The notes below the pieces were generated by a model. The model did no database searches. It had not been told where the DNA came from and saw only the letters and a program-made list of their open reading frames with translations. The position numbers were made by a program, and so were the translations under genes. 64,000 bases of DNA from positions 7,378,001-7,442,000 of the forward strand of contig OZ281498.1 in assembly GCA_965637545.1 (NCBI GenBank). The letters run 5' to 3'. Shown one piece after another: positions 1-11,565 of this stretch (the stretch's first letter is position 1; each line of letters opens with the position of its first letter). This stretch comes from Phallusia mammillata. Taxonomy: Eukaryota.

Positions 1-1003
1 GTACATGGAAAATCTGACATGCAAATAAAAAGAGGTACATGAAAAAAGAGGATTTGAGAGTCGGTCGTTTCAGCGTTGTAAGCAGGCCTGAATTTGGGGT
101 CTGGGAAAAAAAATTGACTAATCTGTATCAGAAGGACCGTATCAGACCCGATAGTTAGTGAAACGTGGCAGGCCCAAATCAAGCCTTTTTGCCAAATTAA
201 GCCCGGACCCGACTTCAAAAAGCGACTTACAAACTGAATCGTTATGACTGCCCTTCGTCTGTGGAATATTAGTTGAACAGATTAAGTTCAAGCGGTGTGC
301 AGCGAGCATGAACAATGTTGAATTTATCAGAGGTTCTTGACCTTGAGTTAATTTTCCAAATAACTGGCCGAGGGACCTGTAAAGCGCGTTGTAGCAAACG
401 AGAAAGCCGAATATCGTTATAGCATCGTAAGCCAGAGCTTTTTAATTCTATTAGGGCTTGAAATCTTTTTTTAAGTTTACCAGAAATGTTGTAGCACTAA
501 AACGACACAATGCGTTTTTTTGTAAATGCATATTGTTTGGTCAAATGCTATATCTGATGTTTATTGTTGGATGGTACTAAATACCTCAGGTTACCGCATG
601 AAACATCACATTTCAAATAAAAATTGCTAACCTAAGTAAACTGATACCAAAAACGCCTTAAGGCTTGGGTAACAACAGTACATTAAAACTAAACGCAGTA
701 CTCGTATATGGACGTATTACATAAACATAGACGCACATACACATTACTGTATATTGCGTATAGTTTAGGTCTTTATACCCTTTTCTGCAACGTGTTTGCT
801 TGTTTCATCAGTGGCGTCGGATGCGGAACGGAAAGGAACGGAACGGAAAGGGTGTGGATTGGAGGTATAATATTTGTCCAGGTGGTGTCGCTCGTGGGAT
901 GTGTTCTGGAGACAGCAACAGAACACGCTGCTTGTACTGCAAAAATGCCGGTGGAACTTGTTAGGTCGACAGCAATTACTGCAGCGGCACCTACAGTAGC
1001 GGG

Positions 1004-1262
1004 CATGGGCGCCGGCAGAAAATTTTGCAAGAGGGGGCAAATTTTGGCTGATACTTTACCGCATCAAGAATTTGTTACATATGAAGCCATAAATCGTGTA
1101 CTTCACAATTGAGTTGCCTAAAAGTTAAAGCATTGAACGATGTCACAAATCCCCACGCTGGCAAGTTAATTAGGTTTGCTGCTAAATATGTTAAATTGAG
1201 GTACACTGAAATTCCGAGGGGGGGCAAGTGCCCCCTCTTGACCCTACGTGGCGGCGCCCATG
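1004..1262. mobile_element. hAT-type MITE (259 bp)
   Basis: 11-bp TIR CATGGGCGCCG (1004-1014) / CGGCGCCCATG (1252-1262), flanked by an exact 8-bp TSD GTAGCGGG (996-1003 and 1263-1270). 8-bp TSDs are characteristic of hAT elements. Confidence 0.85.
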
Positions 1263-1788
1263 GTAGCGGGTTGTGCGCTGGGCCAAGTGCAAGAAAATGC
1301 TGCAAATCAAGTTCAAGTGGAGGTAAACCCAAACCAGACCTAAGTCAGCGTTACCTTTTTTCGGTTTTTGGGGGTCAAAATATCGAAGAAAATCCGGTTT
1401 TAGGTGGGTATATTCCGGAATATTCAAGTTTCAAACTGGTTCCAGCCTGTTTTTGCCTTCTACCGAACCATCAGTTCAAACCGGTTTCCACCGGAATCGA
1501 AAACCAGAAATTTTGACCCGATTTTCGAAAAAACTTATAGTCCAATTCATTGTGGAAAAGAGACTAAAAATCATATAAATATTTATCAATTTTCGGTAGG
1601 CTATGCATGTAGTTCCCAAATTTTTGTGTTTTTGAACGGTCATCGTACAAAACCAAAGTCTAATGGATGTTTTGTATTTACCTCTGCAACCATCATGCAA
1701 ATGTGACCTGAAACTCTGACGATTATTCATATTTTTAAGGGGCCTTGCACTTAAAAAAAATGAAAAGCTCTGTATTGGTTTACTTATA

Positions 1789-1928
1789 CCCAAGTACTAC
1801 TCTTCCATCAGTTTGATGGCAAATTTCCGACGTTTTGACGTCCTATACAAAAGACGCCATTATCCGGTCAGTGGCGTACCTTGCTAGACAAAGAGCAATA
1901 CTTGGTTACACATTATGCCTGGCAATAA
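1789..1928. mobile_element. Degenerate miniature (internally deleted) derivative of the Penelope-like element at 7727-8872
   Basis: 1789-1867 aligns with the left arm of the large element (CCAAGTAcTaCTC..CAGTTT..CGACGTTTtGACGTCCTATACAA..GACGCC). 1893-1906 (GAGCAATACTTGGT) matches the arm terminus in the opposite orientation. 1911-1924 is the exact reverse complement of the element tail at 7740-7753. Confidence 0.7.
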
Positions 1929-2081
1929 GAACTTTGTTTTTAAAACTCACATGTCCATAATCAACTAATGTTTTCATCCTATCCAACGTCAAAATACTTT
2001 CAAAAGAGTACATATAGGTTATCAATATGCATTCACGCTTTTTAGGTTTTGTATAAGTTTCCACCAAAAATCAGGAGTCCT

Positions 2082-2087
2082 TTTATT
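2082..2087 (-). promoter_or_regulatory. Polyadenylation signal of the RPUSD4-like gene
   Basis: AATAAA on the minus strand just downstream of the TAA stop at 2101-2103. Confidence 0.55.
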
Positions 2088-2100
2088 ACAATTACAAATG

Positions 2101-5100
2101 TTAATATTTTTTGTATTTTACATGAAGCTGACTTCGAAAAACAAAAACACATTGGTCTACTGGATCCACGGGTTTAACATTGGATAAATCAGTCTCAGCT
2201 TGTGGATTTCTGAAAAGCGGATTCGACGGGTCGCTAGGTGGCGCTTCAAGTTGAGGAGGCGGTATAGCTTTCACTTTCCACTGAGAAGGCTTGCCCGGGT
2301 TTAGCCTGAAAAGTCGTAATGCGCGGTCCATGTGTACTGGCATCCGAGCTCCCACTACTAGATGCCGTTTCTCTGGATGGTCGAATACGTCTGCAGTTAA
2401 ATGTACAATGGTTGAACTAAATTGCTTGCAGTAACGGTGTAGCTGTAGCAGATTTGCCATCTATCCACCAATTTTGCCCTCCACTTAGTCGCGCTTTTTA
2501 ACGTTTCAACGTTGCGCAGCTATTTCCGGTTTGGTGAATATTTTGGCACAACTGTGCTAAAACAAATTGTTTCACCCGTCGAAATAGACTCAACTCAAAT
2601 TAAAGTAGCTTCCCAAGTCCAAAAATAAACCGAGGGGCTTGGAAATACAGGCAACCCGACAGCGGTCTAAATAAGAGCTTAACGCCTTTAGGTGTTGCCC
2701 GCCCTCCGTGGATAAAAATGACTCAACAAACAAGAAATTGGGTTACTTGAAAAAGTTGGGAATTTTTTTCGGCCTATTAGCAGATTTGAGTCGGTATTAT
2801 TTTGCAGACCAGACATGAATGAAAATAAAGAATGTTTGGGGCATGCAAGCGTATGACAATTTATCAGCCACCATGGAGCCGACCACAAGGCGGCATGTTT
2901 TTTGCGCAATAAGTGCTTTCATCCAAGCCTAGTATTATAGTATTGACTGACATCTCTAACGCGTTCCTTACGCCCACGTTACATATGGTATTTTTTTGGG
3001 ATTGGCCCGGTAACAATTCTCAAGCGACCTACAGTTTGACTGCTGTAACCCTGTCACCCTTAGCTTATAGTTGCTGTCGAAGTGCACGAAAAAGTGTTAA
3101 ATGAATGCTAGAGCAAATGTAGAAATGGTGTTAAACAAGAACTAAATATTCAACATTACATAATTCACACAATATGTCGTTTATCTCCCAAGTATCATTC
3201 TCCTACGCGATGCCAAACCGCGCAAACTGGCTCCTGGCGCACAAACAACACATTGAATATATTGTCAGAACAGGCAGAATGGAAAAATGTTACACATATA
3301 TTTGTATAAAGGTTCTGGCCTAAACAGAAAATTCAGCATAAAGGCCAAATTGTTTGGGTAAATTTGTCGAATAACAGAGGTTGTGTTTTCCAGACGTTTT
3401 TTCACGTCAAGAAAACAAAACCCAGAACCAAAACAAAAAAGTGAAGCCACATGTCAAAGTCCTAATAAAGAGGCCAGCAACCCCTGGCAGGCGTGCCAAG
3501 GTTGACACGATAGGTGGTTTTTCATGGCACGCCAACCGATTTGCGTGTTTACGTTGAAGTAACAATTTAACCTGTTACACCGCTTGTTTATCGTTTTTAT
3601 GATGCCACTTGTCTTAAAATTTAGCCTTACATACACAAAACGCTCAGCTTTCTCTTTATTATTGATATCTGCTGGCACGAACCACTATTATTTAGAAAAA
3701 CGTTGGCACGCGAGGTCATTAACACATGGAAATAACAAGTAAATTGGCACCCGTCGCCTAAAAGGTCGCCGACCCCTGTCCTAATATGTAAATCTTACCT
3801 GGTATAAGTATTTGGCTTTGGTGTAAATGCATAGGGATGTAGCGGGTTTTGGTTGGAGGAAGTTTGAAGCGATTTAAAATATTGATAGGAACTTTCTGCG
3901 GAGCCAGTGAATCCATCTTTGAATATTTGTGGTCACCAAGGATCGGACAATCTAGGCAGTCTGCTGCATGAAGGCGAATCTGATGCTTTACACCTAAAAA
4001 CAGCAGTAGTATATTTTATTTATTAAATAGCAGGTATTTTGAGAAACAAAACCATTCAAAACCCGACAAAAATTTGCATCATTAAATCCATTTTAATAAG
4101 TTTATTGTAGTGGATTAAAATCAAATAAATAAATTGTTCTTGCAGTACATTTGTGCATGGTAATTGTTTTGTGACACACACACAAACAATTCATTTTATA
4201 GTGTGATGTGTAATTCCAGTAAAGGAAATAGCTGACCATTTAGATTTTTCTATCTACCTTTTGATAAGGGGTCAGCAAACTACAGCATGCGGGCCGGATC
4301 CGACTTGCAAGGTCATTTCATCTGGCAAGCGGCCGTAATTTTTGGTTTGCCAAATTGTATAGATAACTTTGAAACATTCAAAAATTAATCTACTCCTTGC
4401 GAAAGTTTTCTTGTCACGATATGTAGACTTAATATTACCTAGTTTCATGGGACTACAATACCCCGGATTGTCCAAAGTCAGTTTGTTATGTCACAGACCA
4501 TACAAGTGTTAATTGTGCGCAAATAATTGCCTTCTTTTGTTACTTGTGACGTAATATACGTGAGATTAACTATACTTACTTAACAGTTGCATCACCACAT
4601 TTTAAATAAGGTTGTAGAAATACCATAACTCGGCACCCCAATAAAAATCTGGGTCTTAGTTTGGAAAGACAAGGCTATGACATGTAAACTATCCAGCCCA
4701 TACAAATCATTAGTAAACTTATCCGACCCACAGTGAAAAAAGTTTGGTGACCCCTGCTTTTAATAATTAGCTAAACACCGAACTTCTGGTATGGCAAGTT
4801 ACTGAAGGCAGTGCCCATTACCTGTTTCGGGTTCAAACTCCACAAGTGATACATCTCTGCTGGAATCCATTACACGAAACTTGGTAATGGCAGTTTGACC
4901 TCTGCTAAATGATCTTGCTGTCTCTTCACCTGTCATCTTGTCATAACTATCAACATAAAAAGTGTTGTTTTGGCAATATTTATAAAATTTACTAAGAAAA
5001 CTACACATAAAATTAATGAAGTTTGTTTTGCCAGAGATTGTATACGGAAAATACATAGTATTTCGGGCTTTGAAAAAAATCTCTCTTGTTATTTTCCTTT

Positions 5101-8100
5101 ACATAGGACACCAACCTTGCATACTTTGGCCTAAATGTTATACAGTAAAGGATTTTATTTGAGTGATTTTGAATCAACATATTATACACCTAAAGAGTAA
5201 ATGTTATTAGTTCTAACATTAAAATACCTTATGCTTACCTTACTGTAGGCCTGGCCACCATTCGTGTAAACTGCTTTGATGTGAGTTTATCAGTGGTTTG
5301 TGCTTGGCCAATGGGAATATTAACAATACCCATCTGTGGGTGCGGAATTCCAACCAAAATTGCCCTGAGAAAATATATAAAAATATAGGTCCAGCAACAG
5401 GACATGTATGTCTGTTTAGCCGGCAATATTCAAAGTCGACCAGGGTCTTTTCTTTTTTCATCAAAGGCAGTTAATGTTTTTCATAAATTACCGATGCAAA
5501 CATAGGATTTATCTTACAATAAACACTCTACATTGGCCCAGTTCAGATTGATGTCAGAATTTTTGTACAAATTTAAATAACCAATTTGCCAAGTATTATA
5601 TTAACTGTTAATCACACATATATGGTAACACTTAAAAATCTGGGCTAAAAGTCAATCAATGCCTTTGGAGTTTGAGTTTGAATAGCACCAAAAAACCCAA
5701 AACACATTATGGAATTTACCACATCTTTCTTGTGACGAGATTCAATCGAAACATTTTTTTAACATGGCTTTCCAATGCTGGATCAGCCGTACAGACCAAA
5801 ACCCCAGTGGTATTTTTGTCCAATCGATGGCACAGACTTAACGGGACGTCTGTGCTGACTCCGTAAATCATCTTGGACAGCATTGGAAGAACTTGTTTCA
5901 CATTTTTGGATATACCGTCTCCATCTGAAGTAAAGAACGGAAACATACATGTGTGAAAATTGGGGCTAAAAATGTATAAAACCACAAAGTTGTAAATCTT
6001 GTCATAATACTAGAAGGGTGGCTTAGCACATATTGCCCTTGCACATACACTATGATCTATTTTAAAACATAAATATATTTCCTATGCTTATTTTGTATTG
6101 GGTCCCATATTAGCCATCGTCTTTTATAACCTTGGTTGTTTCTGCAAGCAAAAACTCATGGGTCCCCACACATGCAAAGTTGTAGATAATGCATTTCAAG
6201 AGATAACAATGAGTAAGTTTGGTATTGTGAAGACAAACACAGTGATTGGTACTGTGCATATCTAAATATGCTATATGGAGTAAAAACTATTTAAATTAAA
6301 AAAATCATTTTAGGGGGCTAGTAGGATAACTAATTGAGGTTCAACACACACAAACTTAAAAGTAGGAAATCTGCCAACGTTTAAAATTTCAACCACTAGA
6401 GGTGTTTTGAGCAACAACCGTTAATGTTTCTGACGTCAAAGGGCTGTTAACAACCCCCGAACTGCAATGCCGCAATAACGATAATTGGCATACTTTACAA
6501 GCTATCCAAATTTTAGCCAATTCTGACATTGTTTACAAACTCACCCCTTTTAGGGGGCTAGCGGGGTAAATACTAGGGTTATCCGGACAAACAAAGTAGG
6601 ATGCACATCTACATAACTATATCTACCATCTGTATAAGTTTCAGCCAAATCCATCAAGCATTTGATGGCAAAACGAGTCAGATAAACTTCGGGGGAAAAA
6701 ACATTTTAGAGGGCCAACGGGGTAAATACTGGGGTTATCAACAAAAACAAAGTGTGATGCACATCTACATAACTACATCTACCATCTGTGTAAATTTCAG
6801 CCGAATCCAGCAAACATTTGATAGAAAAACGAGTCGGACAAACTTCGGGGGAAAATACCCATTTTAGGGGGCTAGCGGGGTAAATACTGGGGTTATCAAC
6901 AAAAACAAAGTGGGATGCACATGTACATAACTATATCTACCATCTGTGTAAATTTCAGCCAAATCCATCAAACATTTGATGGAAAAACGAGTCGGACAAA
7001 CTTCGGGTAAAAATACCCATTTTAGGGGGCTAGCGGGGTAAATACTGGGGTTATCAACAAAAACAAAGTGGGATGCACATCTACATAACTACATCTACCA
7101 TCTGTGTAAATTTCATCCAAATCCATCAAGGATTTGATGGAAAAACGAGTCGGACAAACTTTGGGTAGAAGAAAACAAAAGAAAAAAAACAAAAACATTT
7201 TGAGTAAAATCAATATGTGTTCCCTTCAGGGAAGGGGACCCATAATTACCTTATTATTCTTACTTTAGGGCCTACAGGTGAAGAATATAAGACTTTTAGT
7301 GGTCTTGATAGATTAGACATGTTAAAATTACAACTGGGGCTGTAATTGTTACTGAACCATAGAGTTGTAATCTGGGTCATATTTTTACCTTATTAGTATA
7401 ACTTTGGGTCCTTAAAGCTTTAGGGCAAGGATGGGCAAGCTTAAAAAAGCTTTTTATAAGAATGTCGCATGTCGAATTACTTATAAAGTTAAAATGATAA
7501 TGACTTGATGTGCTAACATAATTGTATGTGATAGTGTTGCCAGCTGGTTTCAATAGCAAGATGTAAACCTGACATTTCACTCGTCAAAACAATTCTTGAC
7601 TTACCAGTCACAAATTCTGTTATCTGGAAATGATCCTAACACTGGAAATTACCCATTAATGTTTTTAGCATAGACCAGCTAATAAGTGTATGCATTTATT
7701 GTTTTTTTTTAATAATTTTATACCTAAATAAGCTATTGCTGCCAGGCATAATGTTAGACCAAGTATTGCTCATCCAGCAGTTTTTATTGTAAACAATCGA
7801 CGTTTCGACGTCCTATACAAGACGCCTTCATCAGGATAATGACATAACTTGCAAGACGAATGTCTTTTAAAGCGACAAAATGCAAAACACACACATGTAA
7901 AACAGCGATAACAACATCGCGCGCTGCAAACTCGCACCACCGTAGAGATAAAACAAGCTCAGTGGTGTAAAAGCGACCGATAATTTATCGGCATTAGAAC
8001 ATCTGTTTTAACGTTCATTGTGTTGGCGCGTGAATGGATGTTCCAAGACTCTAGGAAACTTCGCTTGTGGTAATCAGTTTCCTTCACCAACACCTGAGCA

Positions 8101-10302
8101 GCGGAAAAATTAATGCTGTGGTGNNNNNNNNNNNNNNNNNNNNNNNNNNNNNNNNNNNNNNNNNNNNNNNNNNNNNNNNNNNNNNNNNNNNNNNNNNNNN
8201 NNNNNNNNNNNNNNNNNNNNNNNNNNNNNNNNNNNNNNNNNNNNNNNNNNNNNNNNNNNNNNNNNNNNNNNNNNNNNNNNNNNNNNNNNNNNNNNNNNNN
8301 NNNNNNNNNNNNNNNNNNNNNNNAAGACCCTCTAGATGCTACTGCAACTAGGGGTGTGGTGTATGCTATACCGTGCGGGGAGTGTGACGAAATATACATC
8401 GGTGAGACTGGTAGAAGTCTAAATACGCGCCGGAAGGAGCACGAAAGGGATGTGTGCAAGAATGATGCGAAGAAATCAGCGTTGGCAAACCATGCAACGA
8501 CTCACCACCACAGCATTAATTTTTCCGCTGCTCAGGTGTTGGTGAAGGAAACTGATTACCACAAGCGAAGTTTCCTAGAGTCTTGGAACATCCATTCACG
8601 CGCCAACACAATGAACGTTAAAACAGATGTTCTAATGCCGATAAATTATCGGTCGCTTTTACACCACTGAGCTTGTTTTATCTCTACGGTGGTGCGAGTT
8701 TGCAGCGCGCGATCTTGTTATCGCTGTTTTACATGTGTGTGTTTTGCATTTTGTCGCTTTAAAAGACATTCGTCTTGCAAGTTATGTCATTATCCTGATG
8801 AAGGCGTCTTGTATAGGATGTCGAAACGTCGATTGTTTACAATAAAAACTGCTGGATGAGCAATACTTGGTCTAATTTTATACCTAGTTGAGCATTTTTG
8901 TAAATCTCAGTGTTTATAACATAGGCATTACAACAGTGCACAGCTGAGTTTAAATTGGAGATAATTAACTGAATCCAAGCAAATGGTGACAGAACTTCCT
9001 AACCATCACACCCCTGTGTTCAACCATAATTGGATGTTTGTTTTTCAACAAAATACATTCCCACATTCATAATAGCTGTTCATTCATAAAAAGCTTAAAA
9101 TCAAAAGGTAAACAGCTAGTAGCATATTTATTATCATAGTGATAAGAAAGGCTCCAGGGTTAGCTGCAGGCAATTAAGATCAAATAAGTGTAGGATATGT
9201 CAATTTAAGCCACAGCATCCCTCTCCTGTTGCACAAATGAACCTGTTTAGTACTCTACCCAACTTTAATGACTTGTGTTGTGTTTGGCTGTAATATTGAA
9301 CCGTGCTGGCTGTATGTTAAATCATGGCATTATGTTATATTATTATTTCAATTTTTGAAAGTTTGTAAGTATATATAAGTTAATGCAAGCTCTGTTTTAC
9401 TTATATAGTAGTACATAATTTTTTGGTTACAATAAACAACAAATCAAAATGGAAATAAACAAAACCACACCAGCAAGTAGTAGCCTATAATCACTAACAA
9501 ATACAAAACACATTTACCATGATAAATAGTAAAAGACTGTATAGTTACCATGTACAGATAGTCCATATGGCTTGTTAAAAATAACCATTTTGTTGTCAGC
9601 ATATATAACATGTCTTCTTATAAGTTTTGCGATGGCTTCATCTTCAACATAAGTGAAGTCCGTCATTTTTATTGCATTTACCGCTTTTTTCACAAGATTT
9701 TCTTCTGTGTCCTTTTCAGGCTGAACAAAAGTTTGAAAATAGTTTGAGTTAGGAACCGGCATTGAAATTGTGTTCAAAATTGGTTGGTTTGGGTATAATT
9801 TAAGAGAGATCTATAATTTAAGAGAGAGAAATTTAAGCTCTAACTAAATCATGCCTACCTCATCAGAATTTAATTTCTTTTGTCTAAGTTCCTTTGCAAT
9901 GTCCATTCCAGTCTTTCTAGGTTTTTTGTTTTGAAATTCACTTTCTCTTGTTTTCCCCACTGTAAATTTGTCTGATTTTGTGGAAAGTGTTTGAATGACA
10001 TCTTGTGGTTTTCGACTGGGAGGGGTGTCATCAGTGTCAGTTACATCATCGGATAAAACTGAATCTAAGTGTGACACAGCCTGCCTTCGGGTTCGCAACG
10101 TTCGTGAAATTTGCTTTAAAATTTTAGTTTGTTTTAATGCAAATCCGAAATTCGGATGTTGTTTATAACCACAGAAGTGTAAATAAGTCCTCAAACTGTT
10201 TTGTAATGGGTGCGATACAACATTTGAAATGGAGCAGGATTGATTTTTAACAGACTCTCTCAAAAGAGAGCTTCCTATATGAACAGTTTTTCTCTGCAAC
10301 AT
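2101..10302 (-). CDS. RPUSD4: Mitochondrial RluA-family RNA pseudouridine synthase (RPUSD4-like), 7 exons, about 518 aa
   Basis: Exons on the minus strand: 10302-9859, 9720-9549, 5924-5720, 5364-5239, 4946-4822, 3993-3799, 2390-2101. All introns are GT-AG with matching phases, total 1557 nt. Motifs: NKPYGLSVH, catalytic LCHRLDKNTTGVLV, VEFEPETGVKHQIRLH, LDCPILGDHKYS, RYIPMHLH. The basic, Ser-rich N-terminus resembles a mitochondrial presequence. Confidence 0.88.
3468..3778. mobile_element. hAT-type MITE in RPUSD4 intron 6
   Basis: Right end AAGGTCGCCGACCCCTG, degenerate left end AAGAGGCCAGCAACC, exact 8-bp TSD TCCTAATA (3460-3467 and 3779-3786). Confidence 0.75.
4266..4756. mobile_element. 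hAT-type MITE in RPUSD4 intron 5
   Basis: Ends AGGGGTCAGCAAACT ... AGTTTGGTGACCCCTG; TSD CTTTTGAT (4258-4265) / CTTTTAAT (4757-4764), 7/8 match. Confidence 0.75.
6548..7166. repeat. Tandem minisatellite, about 4 copies of a 156-158 bp unit
   Basis: The unit anchor TAGGGGGCTAGCGGGGTAAATACT (variant in copy 2) recurs at 6551, 6707, 6865 and 7023. Units are highly similar along their whole length. A partial unit start lies at about 6308-6321. Confidence 0.92.
7796..7837 (-). ncRNA. Minimal type I hammerhead ribozyme, left-arm copy, sense to the RPUSD4 pre-mRNA
   Basis: Minus strand reads ATC-CTGATGA-A-GGCGTC-TTGTATAG-GACGTC-GAAA-CGTC-GAT: intact core, 6-bp stem II, palindromic ACGT stem III, GUC cleavage triplet and 3-bp stem I. 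Confidence 0.8.
7959..8123 (-). pseudogene. C-terminal fragment of the PLE GIY-YIG endonuclease (inverted copy)
   Basis: Translates to HHSINFSAAQVLVKETDYHKRSFLESWNIHSRANTMNVKTDVLMPINYRSLLHH*, identical to the plus-strand copy; runs into the N gap. Confidence 0.8.
8124..8323. other. Assembly gap (200 N)
   Basis: Run of exactly 200 N. The round number suggests a scaffolding placeholder, so the true length is unknown. Confidence 0.98.
8324..8670 (+). CDS. GIY-YIG endonuclease domain of a Penelope-like element (5' part lost in the gap)
   Basis: GVVYAIPCGECDEIYIGETGRSLNTRRKEH...ALANH: GIY-YIG motifs (VVY...YIG), the conserved Arg and the C-x2-C/H/H pattern typical of PLE endonucleases. Stop TGA at 8668-8670. 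Confidence 0.85.
8792..8833 (+). ncRNA. Minimal type I hammerhead ribozyme, right-arm copy
   Basis: ATC (8792-94), CTGATGA (8795-8801), A, GGCGTC (8803-08), loop, GATGTC (8817-22), GAAA (8823-26), CGTC (8827-30), then GAT. Predicted cleavage after 8830. Lies in the 3' UTR about 120 nt after the endonuclease stop. Confidence 0.8.
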
Positions 10303-10664
10303 CTACAAAAATGCACACTGAAATTTAGATTTGCAAACGGCGGTATTCACAAAAAACTGTTTCAACTAGAAGACATATATTGTCGGAGTCGGCAACCACA
10401 TTTTAAGGTTTCACATTCAAGTAGTTTGACAGAAATACAACTTCTTCATTGCTTGTTTTCAGTTGGTTAAGATTAATGTACCAAAAACACAGACTACACA
10501 TCTGAATATGTCTGCTTTCTTATCACATTTACACACAATAATGGTGGCACTCAAAGCCATTATTATTTTGACACAGCAATTAAACTAGGTGTTAACTGAT
10601 TTCATTTGCCCCATACATTTAAGAGTTCGTGCAATGTTGTGTTAAGTAGTAACCTAAACATGAG

Positions 10665-11114
10665 CTAGTCGTCAATGACAATACTGTCATGGGCTGAAGT
10701 GTCAACTTCATCAATACTTTTCATTTCAACATCTGTTTCCGGTTTGTTTGGTGAACCATCTGTTGGGGAGTTGGCATTTGCTTCTTTAGCCTTTTTTCTC
10801 TTTTCCGAGGCAACTTTTTTGCCTTTTTGTTCTCTTTTAAAGTTTTCCACCTGTTCCTTTAGCAGTGGAATAAAGTTCTCGAACTCCATGTCTTCTAGCG
10901 CAGCATAAACATCAACGTCTTTTAGTGTCTTGCGTTTTTGCTGCATGGCAAAGTTATTGGCACATGATGTGCAGTACAAAACAAAAACGCTTGCAGCCTT
11001 CGAAATAGCTGCCCTAGACTCTTTTGACATAATTACGCCATCAGGTAGCGCTTCCTTAATGATCCTAGTTATTACCGAAGTTGGTAAATTCAAGTCTTCT
11101 GGTTTTTCAGCCAT
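10665..11114 (-). CDS. POLE3: DNA polymerase epsilon subunit 3 / CHRAC17 (histone fold), uninterrupted CDS, 149 aa
   Basis: [26 protein letters not shown]...[25 protein letters not shown] closely matches the POLE3 N-terminal histone fold, followed by a charged tail. Confidence 0.95.
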   Translation of the reverse strand: MAEKPEDLNLPTSVITRIIKEALPDGVIMSKESRAAISKAASVFVLYCTSCANNFAMQQKRKTLKDVDVYAALEDMEFENFIPLLKEQVENFKREQKGKKVASEKRKKAKEANANSPTDGSPNKPETDVEMKSIDEVDTSAHDSIVIDD

Positions 11115-11447
11115 TATTCAAACCTAGGTAAAAACCTAATTGACACTCTGTAGAAACAGTCACAATTTTTGGTTCATAGTGTATATATATGTTTAAATAT
11201 ATGCATGGAATATTTGTACAGAATTATATGGTTACACCATGTTAGCCAACTGCAATTCAATTAAATCAAGGTCAGTTCAAATTTCATAGCGGCAAAATTT
11301 GAATGAAACATAACAGTTTAAAACACTTTTTCTGCATGTCATGAAAAGGTAAATAAATTTGCTACAAAATAGTTTCAGGTTTTGGCAGGTTCATACACAG
11401 AAAAACTGAAAAAGGTCTTACAGATTAACGTACAAAACAAGAAAAGG

Positions 11448-11453
11448 TTTATT
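11448..11453 (-). promoter_or_regulatory. Candidate polyadenylation signal of calumenin copy 1
   Basis: AATAAA on the minus strand about 113 nt after the stop codon. Confidence 0.45.
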
Positions 11454-11565
11454 TTCACATAAAGGCAGAAACACTTGAGAATACTATGTTTTTTGTCCAT
11501 GCAATGGGAAGTGTGTAAGGCAACAACAGTTCCAGGGGAAATTTTGCAACAGAATATGGAGTACT

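Larger units (their letters stand above)
7727..8872. mobile_element. Penelope-like retroelement (GIY-YIG type) with inverted terminal arms, interrupted by an assembly gap
   Basis: Arms 7754-8123 and 8506-8875 are reverse complements with 2 mismatches seen in 370 bp. GIY-YIG endonuclease coding sequence is present. A 14-bp direct repeat TAATTTTATACCTA flanks the element (7713-7726 and 8873-8886). A 27-nt tail (7727-7753) is present on the left only. Confidence 0.88.

Noticed and set aside
708-1516. ORFs of 134-135 aa on the plus strand
   Set aside because: They run through a GGAAC/GGAAA microsatellite and a TSD-flanked MITE, and show no recognisable domain.
6548-7166. Regularly spaced repeats as a possible CRISPR array
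   Set aside because: The whole unit is repeated with no unique spacers, there are no cas genes, and the context is a eukaryotic intron.
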